DNA of 63,117 nucleotides, the filler included, from Folioceros fuciformis (taxonomy: Eukaryota): NCBI GenBank assembly GCA_049999805.1. It is 17 parts of 17 records of this genome, joined end to end, with 100 filler letters (N's around TTAATTAATTAA, not from the genome) between each part and the next. Parts side by side here need not be neighbours in the genome. Positions count along the whole stretch, not along the records: positions 9,931 to 15,522 come from JBNGIO010006832.1; positions 15,623 to 20,277 come from JBNGIO010006833.1; positions 20,378 to 21,581 come from JBNGIO010006836.1; positions 21,682 to 22,832 come from JBNGIO010006837.1; positions 22,933 to 36,349 come from JBNGIO010006838.1; 12 more parts are not named here. One strand, given 5' to 3'. Position 1 is the first letter of the stretch, and each line of letters starts with the position of its first letter. Below are positions 13,701 to 29,556 of the stretch, piece after piece. Below the pieces are notes generated by a model. The model did not search any database. It had not been told where the DNA came from and saw only the letters and a program-made list of their open reading frames with translations. A program made the translations under genes and the position numbers.

Positions 13701-14878
13701 TCCAGCATCCGCATGGCTGCTTCGTCCTACTTCAAGTATTCTCTTGGGTGTCTCCACAGCCCTCTTCCTCACTTGCTCCGTCCCATCCCCAGCAACCGGA
13801 GATGTGCAGCCGTGGCTACCTTCATCCTCCGCAGAGGGCCCACTAACGCACAAATGCGACTTGTCGTCCTCAGGGGGTTTTGTCGCCGTCAAAGCCGGAG
13901 ACTCCTGGCAATTGCTTTCGCACTTGATTTCTGTGAGTGCTGCCTCTCCCTGAGCCGGGGAGTCGACCTTTAACTCTGGCATGTCTGGAGATGGGCCTTG
14001 ATCATCCTCCTCCTTCACAACTTCCGCAGCGACTGATTCCACGGGCAACTTGGAGTGAATCATTCCTTGAACCACCTGCTCAGGTTTTGATTCCTCATCC
14101 ACGGCAGATTCCGGAGGTGCAACGGCGAGGGGGCAGTGTGCTGTTTCCATGTCAACAACTCCAGCAGCATCTGCAGCCACGTTAGAAACCTCCTGCAAAA
14201 TCTCTCGTCTGCTATCTGCATCCTCTCTAAGGCTTCCATGTACAACAACATCCTCCTTTCCCTGGCTAGCACCTTCAGCAGCACCCAAAACCTTACTGGA
14301 GGCCAAACCATTTGCCCCATCAGCAACCTGATCCTTATCAGGAGCAGGGGCAGGAGCAGGAACAGTAGCAGCAGGTGATGCCTGTCGTCCATCTTCTTGG
14401 GGCAGGCCACCTTCAGCCATGTCTGCATCCTCTATGACCTGCGACATAAGCTCAGGCTGAGGCTTGATGTCAGGTATGGAGTCAGGTTGCGCGGTTGGCC
14501 TGGGAGAAATGGGAGGAGGCGGTGACGGAGAGCGAGCCACAGCAGCCATATTAAGCAGCCTACGTTTCTTTATAGGGACACTTGTTGGCACATCACTGAA
14601 GCGTCGACCAAGAAGAGGAACATCCGCCTGTTACGAAAAAGGCCACCAAAAGCATCAACACCTCCTAAACACCTAAGGCATGGCAAAGTCTTGCAAACCA
14701 GGAACCATTAACAAACCATATTCAACTTCCAACTGCTCCCCAGAGAACGTAAAAATGAGTGATTTCTTGTGGCATGACAGTAGCATGATAGGCAGACCTT
14801 GCTGGGATCTGCAACCGACGAAGTGACAGGCCTCAATCCCTTGTCATCCATGTTCACATCACTATCTTGCTTGTCCAT
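10734..14878 (-). CDS. Long, largely disordered protein (about 1270 aa) with VPIKKRR and WDLNxxMxxWE motifs, GM-rich repeats and an RS-rich tail
   Basis: Exons approximately 14878-14798, 14627-12464 and 12322-10734, joined by GT-AG introns, fuse the 710-aa and 545-aa ORFs. The two short motifs recall the Arabidopsis At5g13590-type uncharacterised family (from memory). Confidence 0.8.
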
Positions 14879-15698
14879 CCTCGGTTGGTGCGTGTGGTCG
14901 CCCTTAGAGCCGACTCCCCCATTAGTCAGCGCGCTCCGCAGCCGCTTCACTCCCTTACAAGATTGATCTGATTTGACATGCCTCCTAGTAGTCCGGTTGT
15001 TTGCATCCTCTGCGAATCTCTTCGGTCCCCCCTTGGGCGCAGATTTTCCTTTGCCTGCCTGACTACCCCTGGCAGCACACAGTAGGCACGCATCAACAGC
15101 TGATGACTGCTTAGAGCACCCCCATAACCCTGTATTTCCAACTGCCAATGTGGAGCCCCCATCACACGGACATGGGTGGATCTGCACATGAAATAAGCAT
15201 AGAATTAAGCAAACCTATCAGCAACTACCGAACATCTCTTGCGCATAGAGGACAGACCCAACTCTGACGCACCATCACACCGCCACTTCCACTTCCACTG
15301 TCACTGCCGACAAGCATTCCAGAGCAGCCAGGACCTACCAATTCTGGCTCCTCATGCTCTTGCCCGCCACACACCACAGCTCCCGCCTCTGTCTTCATGC
15401 TTTCCCTGAGCCAGCCGGCTAACCCCAAACGTGCTGCTCCCAAACCCCTATACGCGAAAACTGCACACAGACCGATTAGCCAACCCTGAGCCTGCATGTC
15501 TCTCCTACCGACTCCCCCACCCNNNNNNNNNNNNNNNNNNNNNNNNNNNNNNNNNNNNNNNNNNNNTTAATTAATTAANNNNNNNNNNNNNNNNNNNNNN
15601 NNNNNNNNNNNNNNNNNNNNNNCTGCGATGCTCCATTTCGCTAGACATTGGAGCTTCGAGTGGTGCATTTGGTGAGGTTTGGTGTGGATGCCGCGCAG

Positions 15699-18600
15699 GT
15701 GTTCGGAAATCTGAGCTTGCAGGATGTAGTGCGGGCAAGCGAGGTCTGTCGGTCGTGGCGTATTGCTGCAGCGTCTCATGCGCTGTGGGAGCGAATTTGT
15801 CGACGTCTCTGGCGTGTTTGGGAGAACTTGCCTGATTTCGAGGGAAGCAGGGTGCCGTCTCAGCTGGCTGCCGTGCAATGGCACAGGTTTTGTCGGTGGA
15901 GGATAGAATCGGAGAGACTGGCAAAGCAGCTTGTGGCGGGAATGGGATGGCCGCTCAAGCTGCCCGGTTACCTGAGGAAATTGGTTGCCCTTGGAAATCT
16001 GGTCGTGGAGGTCCGTACTTCGCTTGACCCTGCAAGCTGCAAGTTGAGGGAGGTTTGCGAGCTACGGCTGCTGCCATGCTCTTTCGGATATCACTGACGC
16101 TGGGGCCGGGGCCGGGGCCCGGGCTGTCCTTGTCTGCTGTGAAGGAGTTGGAGCGGCTAGCTAAAAGAGACGGAGACCTGGAAGAGGGGACCCGTTTCTT
16201 TGCAGGCCTTGCAGTGGAGAGGATCAATCATAGCAACTGTATGAAAGCGATGGCAGCCCTGCTTTCGGCTTCCGTCGCACAGGTAACGACCCGCGCCTCA
16301 GACGTGAGGCATCGTTTGTGTCGATCAAGAGGATCTGAGACCGTGTGTGTCCTCAATTGAGGAGTCCCCAAGGGTGGATTTTGAACGCCTTTCCGTCGCG
16401 CTTCACGCATCCTCACTCCTGTGCCCTAGATCCTTTTGAATTGCTTGCAGTACAGGTTCCACATCCTCACGTTCTTTTCGACGGTCTCTCACTAGTACTG
16501 GATAGCACTGACTCACTATTGTCTCATGCTGTTCATCGTTTACTTGTATGTAGCTGGAGGACCAACTTGCGAGGGGAGCGCTAATCATTGCGAAGCTCAG
16601 GTACAGGATCTGCGATTACGTTTCAATTTCATTGCCCGGTCAAATCGCTTTGCTTTACGAATTTGGTGTTGTTACACCACCGCATTCTCAGGCACCGTGT
16701 CGTTAGCCCTTTCTCTTGACAGATACGAAGACTTGGACATAGATGCCATTGAATCCAGGATGGAGGAGGTTGCCAATGTGCTTAGCCGCAGACTCCAGCA
16801 GGATGTCGAGTAAGGACCACTCTTTGCCCTTCTACCCGCTATGCTGTGTCGCGCTCTTTTGTGTCATTGATTTGTGCACGTCAACACCAGGATCGAGCGG
16901 CAAGGGGGCATCAATACGCCAGGCGGGGTGTTGATTGGACTGAAGCATTTGAATGCGCTCCTCTTCAGACAACCATCAGATCCCCTTGCTCCACTGAATT
17001 ACGATGATTCTGATGACCCGGAATGCCTGAACCTCTCTGCAAGCAGAGAAACGTTCTATCCTCCTGAGAGGTTGTATATTAATGATGTTCTTGATTCCCG
17101 GAAAGGTGTGGACCTCAGGTTTGTGGCTAGTCTTGCCTGTTATCTCCGTAGTGATCGCCAGCATCCCAGCTACATTTCGTCGGTCAGGTTGTGATCTTCC
17201 ATTCGGTTCTGATATGATTTCTTTGGAAAATTGTCATGACAGCCTTGGAATTATTCATTCTGCTGTAGGCCGGAGATGTGGTATTCCTGTGCAACTAGTT
17301 GCAATTCCTATGCTCTTCATGACCAAGGTGGGGAACGAAGGGGACGCTGAGGAACGATTTGTCCACCTGTTTTCGGGAGGGGTTCTCCAGCGGCAAGAGT
17401 GTATGGAACTGATACTGTGGGTAATTTTGGCCACGCATGTCCAATGCAAGTTGGCAGCTTGTCAATATCAGTAGTGATGTGAACGTAGGCTCTTCTGGGT
17501 TCCAACTCTTCCTAAATATCTCTTGTATGTTCCTAAGCAGTATCTCTCTCGTTTTTCAGAATGATGGGCTTGCCATTTAACCCTAGCATGCTTGCCCCGG
17601 TTCCTCCATCGAGCCTTCTGGTTGCATTGTGCGACAACCTTATCACAATGTTCCGTCAGGCAAGTTGGTAGTGCCTGGCGAGTTGTTTTCTGACGAGAAG
17701 AGGAACTGAGCTTGATTTGCTCTCCTAAGCTGTGGTAAAACTGCTCGTTTGCAGGGCAGTGAAGGCAGCACCAGACAGATACCGAAGTGGAGGAAGCAGA
17801 TGATCTTACCTTTACTAGATCTAGTACTTTTAATTTCTCCGGACGACTGCTCCCATCGTTTCAGCAGAGCCAAGGTTAATTGCACGATACAGCTACACAG
17901 AAGCTGTAGTTACTCCAAATTTTGGCTGTATTGAGGGTGTGCACCTGTTCTTCCCAGGTTTTACTTGAAATGACGGATTTTGAGGCTGCACTTGAGGACT
18001 TGCAGGTGATACTTTCTCGACCCTCTTGAGTTCTTTATGTTGGTCGGATGATCAATTCAACACTTCTTTGTGTTGCTTAGAATGACCCATCTGGATGTGT
18101 ACCGGAGAGGCCTTAAACCATGACCCATCTGCCCTTCCTCGATAACGATTACGACTGAGCGTCGTGGAGCTGTACAGGAGCTGTTGCAAAGGGCTGACGG
18201 CAGGGGAGGTGGAGGGGATGGTCAAGAAGGAATTCCGAGTGCTCTCTTGCAACAATTCTTGCAACGCGCCCTTGAGAGGAGGGGAGTACACGCTGTAAGG
18301 AACATGCATGATTCATGTGTTTACAGGTCCATCTTTGTCTGTCAAGGGGGTAACAGTGACTTATAAATCCATGTCTGCAGGCCTGGTGCAGCAGGAAAAG
18401 GGCTCCAAGACCGCCACACGTTCTCTACAGAGTTGGCAGCACAATAAGACATCGTCGGCTGCTTTACATTGGGGTGATTTTCGGATGGGACACCGAGTGC
18501 TCAGCGGATGAGGAGTGGATTTCGACTATGAAAGTATGTTATTTGAAGCTGTTGTAAATTGGAAATTGAAGTTCCGTCTTGCAGTATTACTTAGGAAGTA

Positions 18601-19516
18601 ATTGTGAATATTGACGAACTTCGCAGGTGGACCAGCTTCAGTTCGGGCGAACTCAACCCTTTTACAGGGTTCTGCCGAACCAGCGGAACAGGTCTTCTGG
18701 TGCAAGTGACGATCTTAGCCCCACCGCCACCTATGGTACGTCCTGATTGCGAAGTGCAGGAGATGTGAAGAATGGTTGGGTGATTTTTATTTACCATTGC
18801 TGTTAAATGTAGAATCTGAGAACCTGATTTTTGGACGTCGACTTCGCAGTTCCGCAAGAGAACATTATCGCAGCCTTAGACGCTGGCCCTATTGTCCACG
18901 ATGAACTTGGGATGCATTTTCGTGGATATGTGTAAGTAGACTGCGAGCCATTATGGTCTTCAAGTGCCTTATATGCCTGGCGGAGGAATACTGGTAATAA
19001 CAGTGCTTCTTCTATCCCCGCTGCAGGAATGGGAAATACGTTCCAAGTGAGTACCTTTGTCACATTTACCCTGAAGACATCGTCGAGCCAGAACAGTCGA
19101 ACGCGGGAGGTGATGTACTCCAATCAAGCGGTAAAGGCGGGGAAAATCCTAGCTCTTCTCCTGAAGAGCCTCGTGATGAGACTGATCCAACAACATCAGG
19201 TAGCTCTGCTGACCCTTCTGCGGCAGCAGTAAACAGCAAAACAGCTCTTGAAAATAGAGATGCCTTTCCCGTAGAGATCCCTGAGAAAGATGCTCAACCG
19301 CTTGCGACTGCTCATCAACAGTCCTCTGTAAACGCTGCACAGGATGAGGGCCACTGTGGTGGACACCCATTGCTCCGTCAGGTGCTATCTGACAGCGGTG
19401 ACACAATTCAGAACTTTACGGAAGAGGGCGAGAAAGAGAAGTTACCACGTGATACACTGTCAGTTGAGACTACACAAGACAAAATGTATGCAGGTGGCAC
19501 TGCTCCAAAAGCATAG
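15699..19516 (+). CDS. FBXO21-like protein: F-box + SirB1/Transglut_core2 + TPR-like helices + YccV/HspQ domain (5'-partial)
   Basis: F-box half VFGNLSLQDVVRASEVCRSWR..LWERIC; FYPPERLYINDVLDSRKG..SLGIIHSAVGRRCGIPVQLVAIP..FVHLFSGG; YccV exons 18381-18533, 18627-18735, 18850-18931 and 19027-19516 splice in phase; stop 19514-19516. Confidence 0.85.
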
Positions 19517-19656
19517 CCAGTGACATGATCTGTCCATGTACCTCAGTATCAGTTATCACTTCAATCGGTTTACTTAATTCTAACCGCGACATCCTCCAGA
19601 ATTGTCAAATTGCCAAATGCTTCCCAGTTTCTAACTTTCACCATTGGCACTGTCAT

Positions 19657-20277
19657 CTACGAACCACTAGGAATGAACCTTGGATCCGGAATTGGTGGCA
19701 GCAATATGGCTGCACCAACAACTTCATGCGCAGAAAGGTTGGCAAGTGCCTCAGCGGCGGCTCGCAGCTGATACTGCAAGTAAGAGGAGTGCATGAGCTG
19801 TTTGCATTGTGTCCGTTGCTGAATAGTAAGAACAAAACATAAACTAATAACGACATATTACCGTGCTTCCGATGGGTACACGCAAAACTGATTTGCGAAT
19901 AAGTTCAAAGAGCTCGGCCGACGCTTCCGCCAGCTGGGAGCGCGAAGTGAGGTAATCCGTCAAAACCCCCTTCAATCTCACCACCGTTCCGTTTGGCGCC
20001 ACAGAGCGCGCGAACCGGCATGGCTGCACCTCGAACAACAACTTCACCCCTTTCCCCTCGGTGGCGGCCAGAGTTTGCTCAACCACGACGTCGTCCTCCA
20101 CGCCGTGAACTCCAGGCCCCCCCTGCTTGATGGTCTCACGCTCGATATGCACGAAGTCTTTCGCTTTGCCATGGACTACAGCGGCCTCCAAGACTGCCCT
20201 CTCCGGCAGGGCAACCTCCAAGTTCCCCTGCTTCCTCTCTGGGCTTGGCAGGAGAAGGGCGTGCGCACATCCGTTCA
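19657..20277 (-). CDS. Quinone oxidoreductase-like protein, C-terminal part; probably the same gene as 9931-10243
   Basis: NGCAHALLL..EDDVVVEQTLAATEGKGVKLLFE..LTDYLTSRSQLAEASAELFELIRKSVLRVPIGST, intron 19861-19774, then YQLRAAAEALANLSAHEVVGAAILLP..* matching the QOR C-terminus. Confidence 0.78.
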
Positions 20278-20377
20278 NNNNNNNNNNNNNNNNNNNNNNN
20301 NNNNNNNNNNNNNNNNNNNNNTTAATTAATTAANNNNNNNNNNNNNNNNNNNNNNNNNNNNNNNNNNNNNNNNNNNN

Positions 20378-21388
20378 GAACTGCCGAAGCCACTTATACT
20401 CACCCTCAAGGTCTCCCACGAACTTTAAGGCTCACTGTCCCCAGGGGCACGAATGATTCCAGCGCGTATCTTTCTCACGCGCTAGAAATCCCGCCATCCT
20501 CCAGTCTTTTCGCTTAAACTGCTTCCGATGGGATTGCTCCAAAGCTTCTGCTGCAATCAATGAATGCCCCCATATGCGCCACAACAAAGCTTTCGATAAA
20601 GCTGAATCCTGTCCTACATAGACCACCACGGACCAGTTGACCCAGAGATGGAAAAGGCAAGAAGACCACAGTAAGCCCCACCATTGTGTTTTAAGAAGAG
20701 GTTTGCCCGAGGTTGCGTCCAGCCCAAATAAGGCTGATTGTGTCGTAATCCTGAGGTTAGCACCAGGAAAAATCAAACAGAGCCACCTGCCAACCTCCCT
20801 CTAGATCTCTTGGGCAAAGCTGCAATGATAGAACATGTGTTGGCTCTTGTTCGGAGCCCCAGCGGAGCACAATCGACACACATTCTCCCCCGTTGCAGCT
20901 AAAAGCCCATCCCACTGATCCGCATTAGGCAAACACGCTTGAAAAAAACACCAAACCGTAGACCTGACTTGGGAGGGATTCATGTGGCCTTCCATAGAAG
21001 TTTGATGGCTTCCCTTTGTCGCTGTCTAGCTAGTTGCAATCGGAGAGCCATTGGTTGTCTTTGCTTGATTTTTTGCGCTTGCACCAACCAAAGGAACAAG
21101 TCCGCCGTTGGGAAGTTGAAGAAAGCTTGAGGGATAGCCTTCTTGCACCCTGGACGCCTGGGCCACTTGTAGAGATCTGGTCTGAAGGTCAAAGTCCAAT
21201 TCTCGCCCCGTCGAAACCAGCACTGAACCTTTGTTTTATCGGAGGTTAGTGGCCCAATTGGGCGTTCGCCTGGGATGCACCATCGCCCTGTCCGAACGGG
21301 CTTAACGAGAACAGTGATAGCCCCAATTCCCCTCCTCGGGCTTCCCCGTCATCCCTGCCCTGTTCTTCCAAAAATCCATCAGGCGACA
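20378..21388 (-). mobile_element. Degenerate L1-clade LINE, 3' part of ORF2 with CCHC (zf-RVT-like) motif
   Basis: CRLCSAGAPNKSQHMFYHCSFAQEI motif with stops and frameshifts. About 21137-21388 is clearly homologous to 36452-36704 of the RT-containing LINE. Confidence 0.8.
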
Positions 21389-21581
21389 TGTTAGAAATAA
21401 TAGGTAATTATTAGTACATTGTTATATACGTAGAACTTACATTAGGGCACCCAACGGGTAACCCTAGAGGTAGTTATTAGTTGTAACCGTTTTTATGGGT
21501 CTTGGACACTTTTGTGCTGAGTTCGCCTGACATATAAGATATTCGTTGCTAGTGTGTCTCGAGCGTGTGTGATCTGCATGG
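21389..21581. mobile_element. Probable LTR terminus inserted into the LINE
   Basis: LINE homology stops abruptly at ..GGCGACA|TGTTAGAAATAATAGG. The new AT-rich sequence begins with TG(TT), typical of LTR ends. Confidence 0.6.
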
Positions 21582-22968
21582 NNNNNNNNNNNNNNNNNNN
21601 NNNNNNNNNNNNNNNNNNNNNNNNNTTAATTAATTAANNNNNNNNNNNNNNNNNNNNNNNNNNNNNNNNNNNNNNNNNNNNATCTGCACCTCTTAGATGA
21701 CTTGTGCTGCATGAGCAACAACACAGTTAGCCTTCTACAGCCATGTATAATTGAATGACACAGGATCAAATGGATGAAGTGTAAGGGACATACCTAATCA
21801 TCTGTATGCCTGTCTTGACAATCCTACTCCTGCCCATACTTCTCTTTCAATTGCCCCAGGATCTCTATAGCTTTCTAAAGTTGATGCTTCCCTTTTTCTC
21901 CTATAGCGTGTGTCGGCAAGGTGATTGTCTCCTCCTCACGAACTTTGCTCCAAGCCAAGGTAACATTGAGTGCTACATGGTAACCACCTGCGCAGAAATA
22001 CTGGCCGGCGTTGTGCCACCCCTCCCATTTCCAGCTTCTATCGCCATCCATCCGGGACGTCGGCTGGGTGACAGTGCTGAGTTGGGAGTCCTCTAAACTG
22101 GCGCACTTGTGACAACCTAAGCGCCTATGAGAGCTGTAATCCGTCCCACTCCTCTTTCTCATGATCAGTTGAAGCAGGAAACACCCTGGACGCATGCGTA
22201 TGAAGAGCAGAAGTTGCAGCTGAGCGGTGATCTCAGCAAGGTGGAGCGCCATGGATCTTAAGCTGACGGCTTTAATGCGGAGCAAGAGATGGATCGCTGG
22301 CTCAACCACTGCATTATGCTGGAGCACGTGTAAACGAGAGACTGTTCCTCGTGAAGGCTAGCCCACCTGGTTCTCGTGGAGCATCTGTTTATCAAAATTC
22401 GCGTTTGATTAACCATGGTTAGTTTAAGAGGGAGTGTTAGAGTAAGTAGGGGTAAACGTAATGCAGGTTCATTAAGTTAGGGTTGTTTAGTCAAGAGTCA
22501 CGTACATCAGTATTTAAACATTTTTGTATTGCGATTACGATCCTTCCAACTATTAGAGTTTCTCTACGCTCTTGCCTTCGCTCATTTTACACAAAACGAG
22601 CTATAGGGCAGAGGCCATACATAGTCTCGAAAGTGAATGTTGTAGGAGGGAGGGGAGGGCTAGAGCTTGATTGCTTGAGACCATCGGTGATTGCGATAGC
22701 ATAAGGGCCCTTGTACAGGGCTAGAGAATGAGGGCAACAAACCAAGCCCGAGGTCAGCGCAAGTCGCGATGGCCTCAACTTGAGGCTGTCGTGACTTGCG
22801 ATAGCCTTGGGCTCGGTCTCTAGGAGGGAGGGNNNNNNNNNNNNNNNNNNNNNNNNNNNNNNNNNNNNNNNNNNNNTTAATTAATTAANNNNNNNNNNNN
22901 NNNNNNNNNNNNNNNNNNNNNNNNNNNNNNNNACTACACTAGCTCGTAAGTAAGTTGCTCGACCATGT

Positions 22969-23010
22969 GTCGTTGATGCGGCATGGACTGTCGTTGATGC
23001 GGCATGGACT
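22969..23010. repeat. 21-bp perfect tandem duplication
   Basis: gtcgttgatgcggcatggact x2, flanked by a second direct repeat actacactagctc. Confidence 0.8.
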
Positions 23011-23570
23011 ACACTAGCTCTTAGCACGTAGGTTGACCAGGGTTTTCCTCGTTGACCATGGTTTTCCTCTATTTTGCATACCTTTTAACCTATATGTAGA
23101 TTTGGAGACATTTGCCCCCTCCCCTTTGATATTTATTTTCACTCCTCATCTTTATTTCATCCCTTGCAAATTTCATCTTCAAAGAAGATTAAGAGTAGCC
23201 ACTTGTATTCTTCTCATAGAAGCTTGGAGCGCTCAAACCTCAAATTTGAAGCCCTCAAAACCTCACTATGAGAAGAGAGGAGAGGAAAATCAAGGCATGG
23301 CTGCTCCGGCCATGCAAGAGAGAGAGTCTCTAGTCCCTATAAATAGACATAATTATATAGAAATATAAACTTTTAAGATATTCATATACATTTATATTTT
23401 TCACTTCGTATGTAGAACATTTCACGACCTTGAACTAATTGTGACAAACATTTGCCACCAGTTGATTTCCACTTCGAGAGTCTCAAATTCCTTGGGCTCC
23501 TTCATTTGAGTCCATTCGCTATCCCCCCACGAGTCCATTCGCTATCCCCCACGAGGGGATGCAGGATGTC

Positions 23571-24592
23571 TCAATTCTTGTCAGGCTTCAATGCTAACGA
23601 TGCACTGGGAACAATAAAAACGTCGACACGTGGGCTCAGTACGAGCGACAAACGCAACAAGCGAATCTGGTGGGCTCAGCCCAGTTAGAGGAGCTGTAGC
23701 CAGCCACGTGAGGCCTACCTGTTGATGCAGTAGCGCTTCTTGGTAGGCGGAGGACCATCGTTGAAGACATGACCCAAATGAGCATCACACACGGCGCACA
23801 ACACTTCTGTCCGAGGCATAAAAGGTATAGACCAATCTGACTCCGACTTCACATTCTCGGAGACGAAATCCCAGTAGGATGGCCAGCCAGTGCCACTGTC
23901 AAACTTGGTGCTTGATCTGCAAAGCAGGATAGGATTCTGAAGCTCCTGATGCTCCACGATGCGTGGAAGCAAGAAGAGAGGGGCTGCGAGAATTACTGGA
24001 ATAACGGCGTGTCACAGCACACGCAGTAGTAGGTGCCTTGGGTCTTGGTATTCCAGTATTGCCTGAAGACAACACGGCCCAGAACTGTCAGCCAAAGGCA
24101 GAGGCAGGAGCAGAGACACGCCCAGGGAGCGTCCATGGCCATTACCCTGTGAACGCTCGCTCTGTGCCCTTCTGCCTGGTCACGTTGTACTGCTCTTCGC
24201 TCAGCTTTTTCTTCCATTCCTCGTCGCTGATTTGCTTGAAATCCCTTGAACCTGCTGCGACTGCGAGCAAGCAGCGATCATTACCAGCCCTACACAATAG
24301 CGGTCACGCACCACCTCCACGGCAAACAACCTTGGGACAAATCAGCATCAGGCGTCTGGGCCGACTGGCCGGAGCAGCTTGCGCCCATGCCTCTGAGGTA
24401 TCTCTGGCTCCCCTCGCGAAGGTTCCGGGTGCTCGAGCTTCCGCAGCTCAACTCCCTGCGGATCACAAATCCTCCAGTACCTCCTACCCTTGCAATAGAA
24501 GAACAGTTTGAGGCGGTGAGGGCGCAGCCAAGCTGGCCTGGCAGGAGCCGCAGGCCACGCACATCATATATGTTGGAAGCTGCTGAAGACAT
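23571..24592 (-). CDS. MSRB1: Peptide methionine-R-sulfoxide reductase B1 (1-Cys type), plastid-targeted
   Basis: [51 protein letters not shown] (Thr in place of the resolving Cys), [35 protein letters not shown]. Start codon uncertain. Confidence 0.93.
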
Positions 24593-24972
24593 CGTGCAGC
24601 ACAAGTGCGAAGCTATTGGAAAAGCAAGGATCAAAGCTTACCTTTGAAATATGCACTGGCTTTCCAGAAGTAGAAGAATCTAATTTCGTCCACTATGGAC
24701 GGCCGAGGATGATGTTCAGTAGGGACATGAACAGCACTATATATGGAGGAGGTGAGACTGTCTTAAAGGCTGATGCGAACAGTGGTCTTTAAGTGCAAGC
24801 GCGGGGTTTAAGTTGGTGCTGTTTGAAGGAAGTGGAGACAAGGAGGAGTCTTTGTGACTGGATGGGATTTGAGTTCCCACCGCACTGAACAGGCTGACAG
24901 CGGTTGAGGAGTCTGTTTGAATTGACGAGGATCTGTGATCTGAGGTGCGGGACGCATGGTTGTGTGAGCGGA

Positions 24973-28803
<3,831 letters not shown>

Positions 28804-29556
28804 GCTCGCATCCATGATCAGTTCGTTTGTTGAGCAGCCTCGTCCTGTCTTTGCTGATACCGTTGGTGAGTACGGGAAGCAAGGCTTACTATGGCATCAC
28901 TTTATTGAGGGAAGAAAGATCGGGTGAGGACATTGCAGGGAGGGTCGCAGTAAAAGGAATCTTCATTATTTGAAGATGCTTAACCTAAATTAACGCAATA
29001 TCCTTACTATGGAGATAGAACACCTAGCCTAAGCACTGTTGAGGTTGTCCAGCGTTGCGTCTTGTTGTCATTGCCGTGCCAAGTGTTCCCCCTGGGATTT
29101 CAGTAGTCTTCGGTAAAGAATAGGTACTGTACTACCCGAAGGCCTTCGGAGGGTGATCCGCTGCTAGAGAGAATGGCCATGGGCAATCTTGAATTCACAA
29201 GAATAAAGTAAAATAAAATAAAATAACGCAGCTTCATAGCGTGTTTCCGACTGTTGTTGACAAACCATAATCTGAACCAGGTAGGAGCAACGATACTTAC
29301 AGCCAGATTTTAGTTGTCGATCAAGGAAACCTCATTTCGTAAGGTTCCTTAGTCCTGAACTAAAACCCAACGATTGGTCTTTTATTACCAAAGGGAATCA
29401 GGACCTTCTTGGCCATTCGCCACGAGAATCCGCCCAGAGTCCGATCTCAGATCATTTGGATTCTTTCCCCCGTGAGTGAAGAGACTCCTCGGTTGACATC
29501 AACAAGGGGGATGAGAGAAACGCAATCGACGAATGCTGTACAATCGAGAGTAAAGA

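Noticed and set aside
18591-19406. Minus-strand ORFs suggesting an extra gene
   Set aside because: The region is explained by the plus-strand YccV exons of the FBXO21-like gene.
20080-20277. Idea that the QOR-like protein has deleted its NADPH-binding Rossmann segment
   Set aside because: The frame is open to the contig edge and NGCAHALLL matches the usual GxxHVI segment, so the missing part most likely lies in the assembly gap.
21682-22832. 150-aa minus-strand ORF and flanking sequence
   Set aside because: No recognisable motif, with nearby in-frame stops. Probably degenerate repeat DNA, but I cannot support a call.
23509-23560. Tandem duplication and small hairpin (ATCCCC-CACGA-GGGGAT) in the MSRB1 3' UTR as a possible SECIS element
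   Set aside because: The catalytic residue is a normal Cys codon (RYCINS), there is no in-frame UGA, and no SECIS kink-turn core is present.
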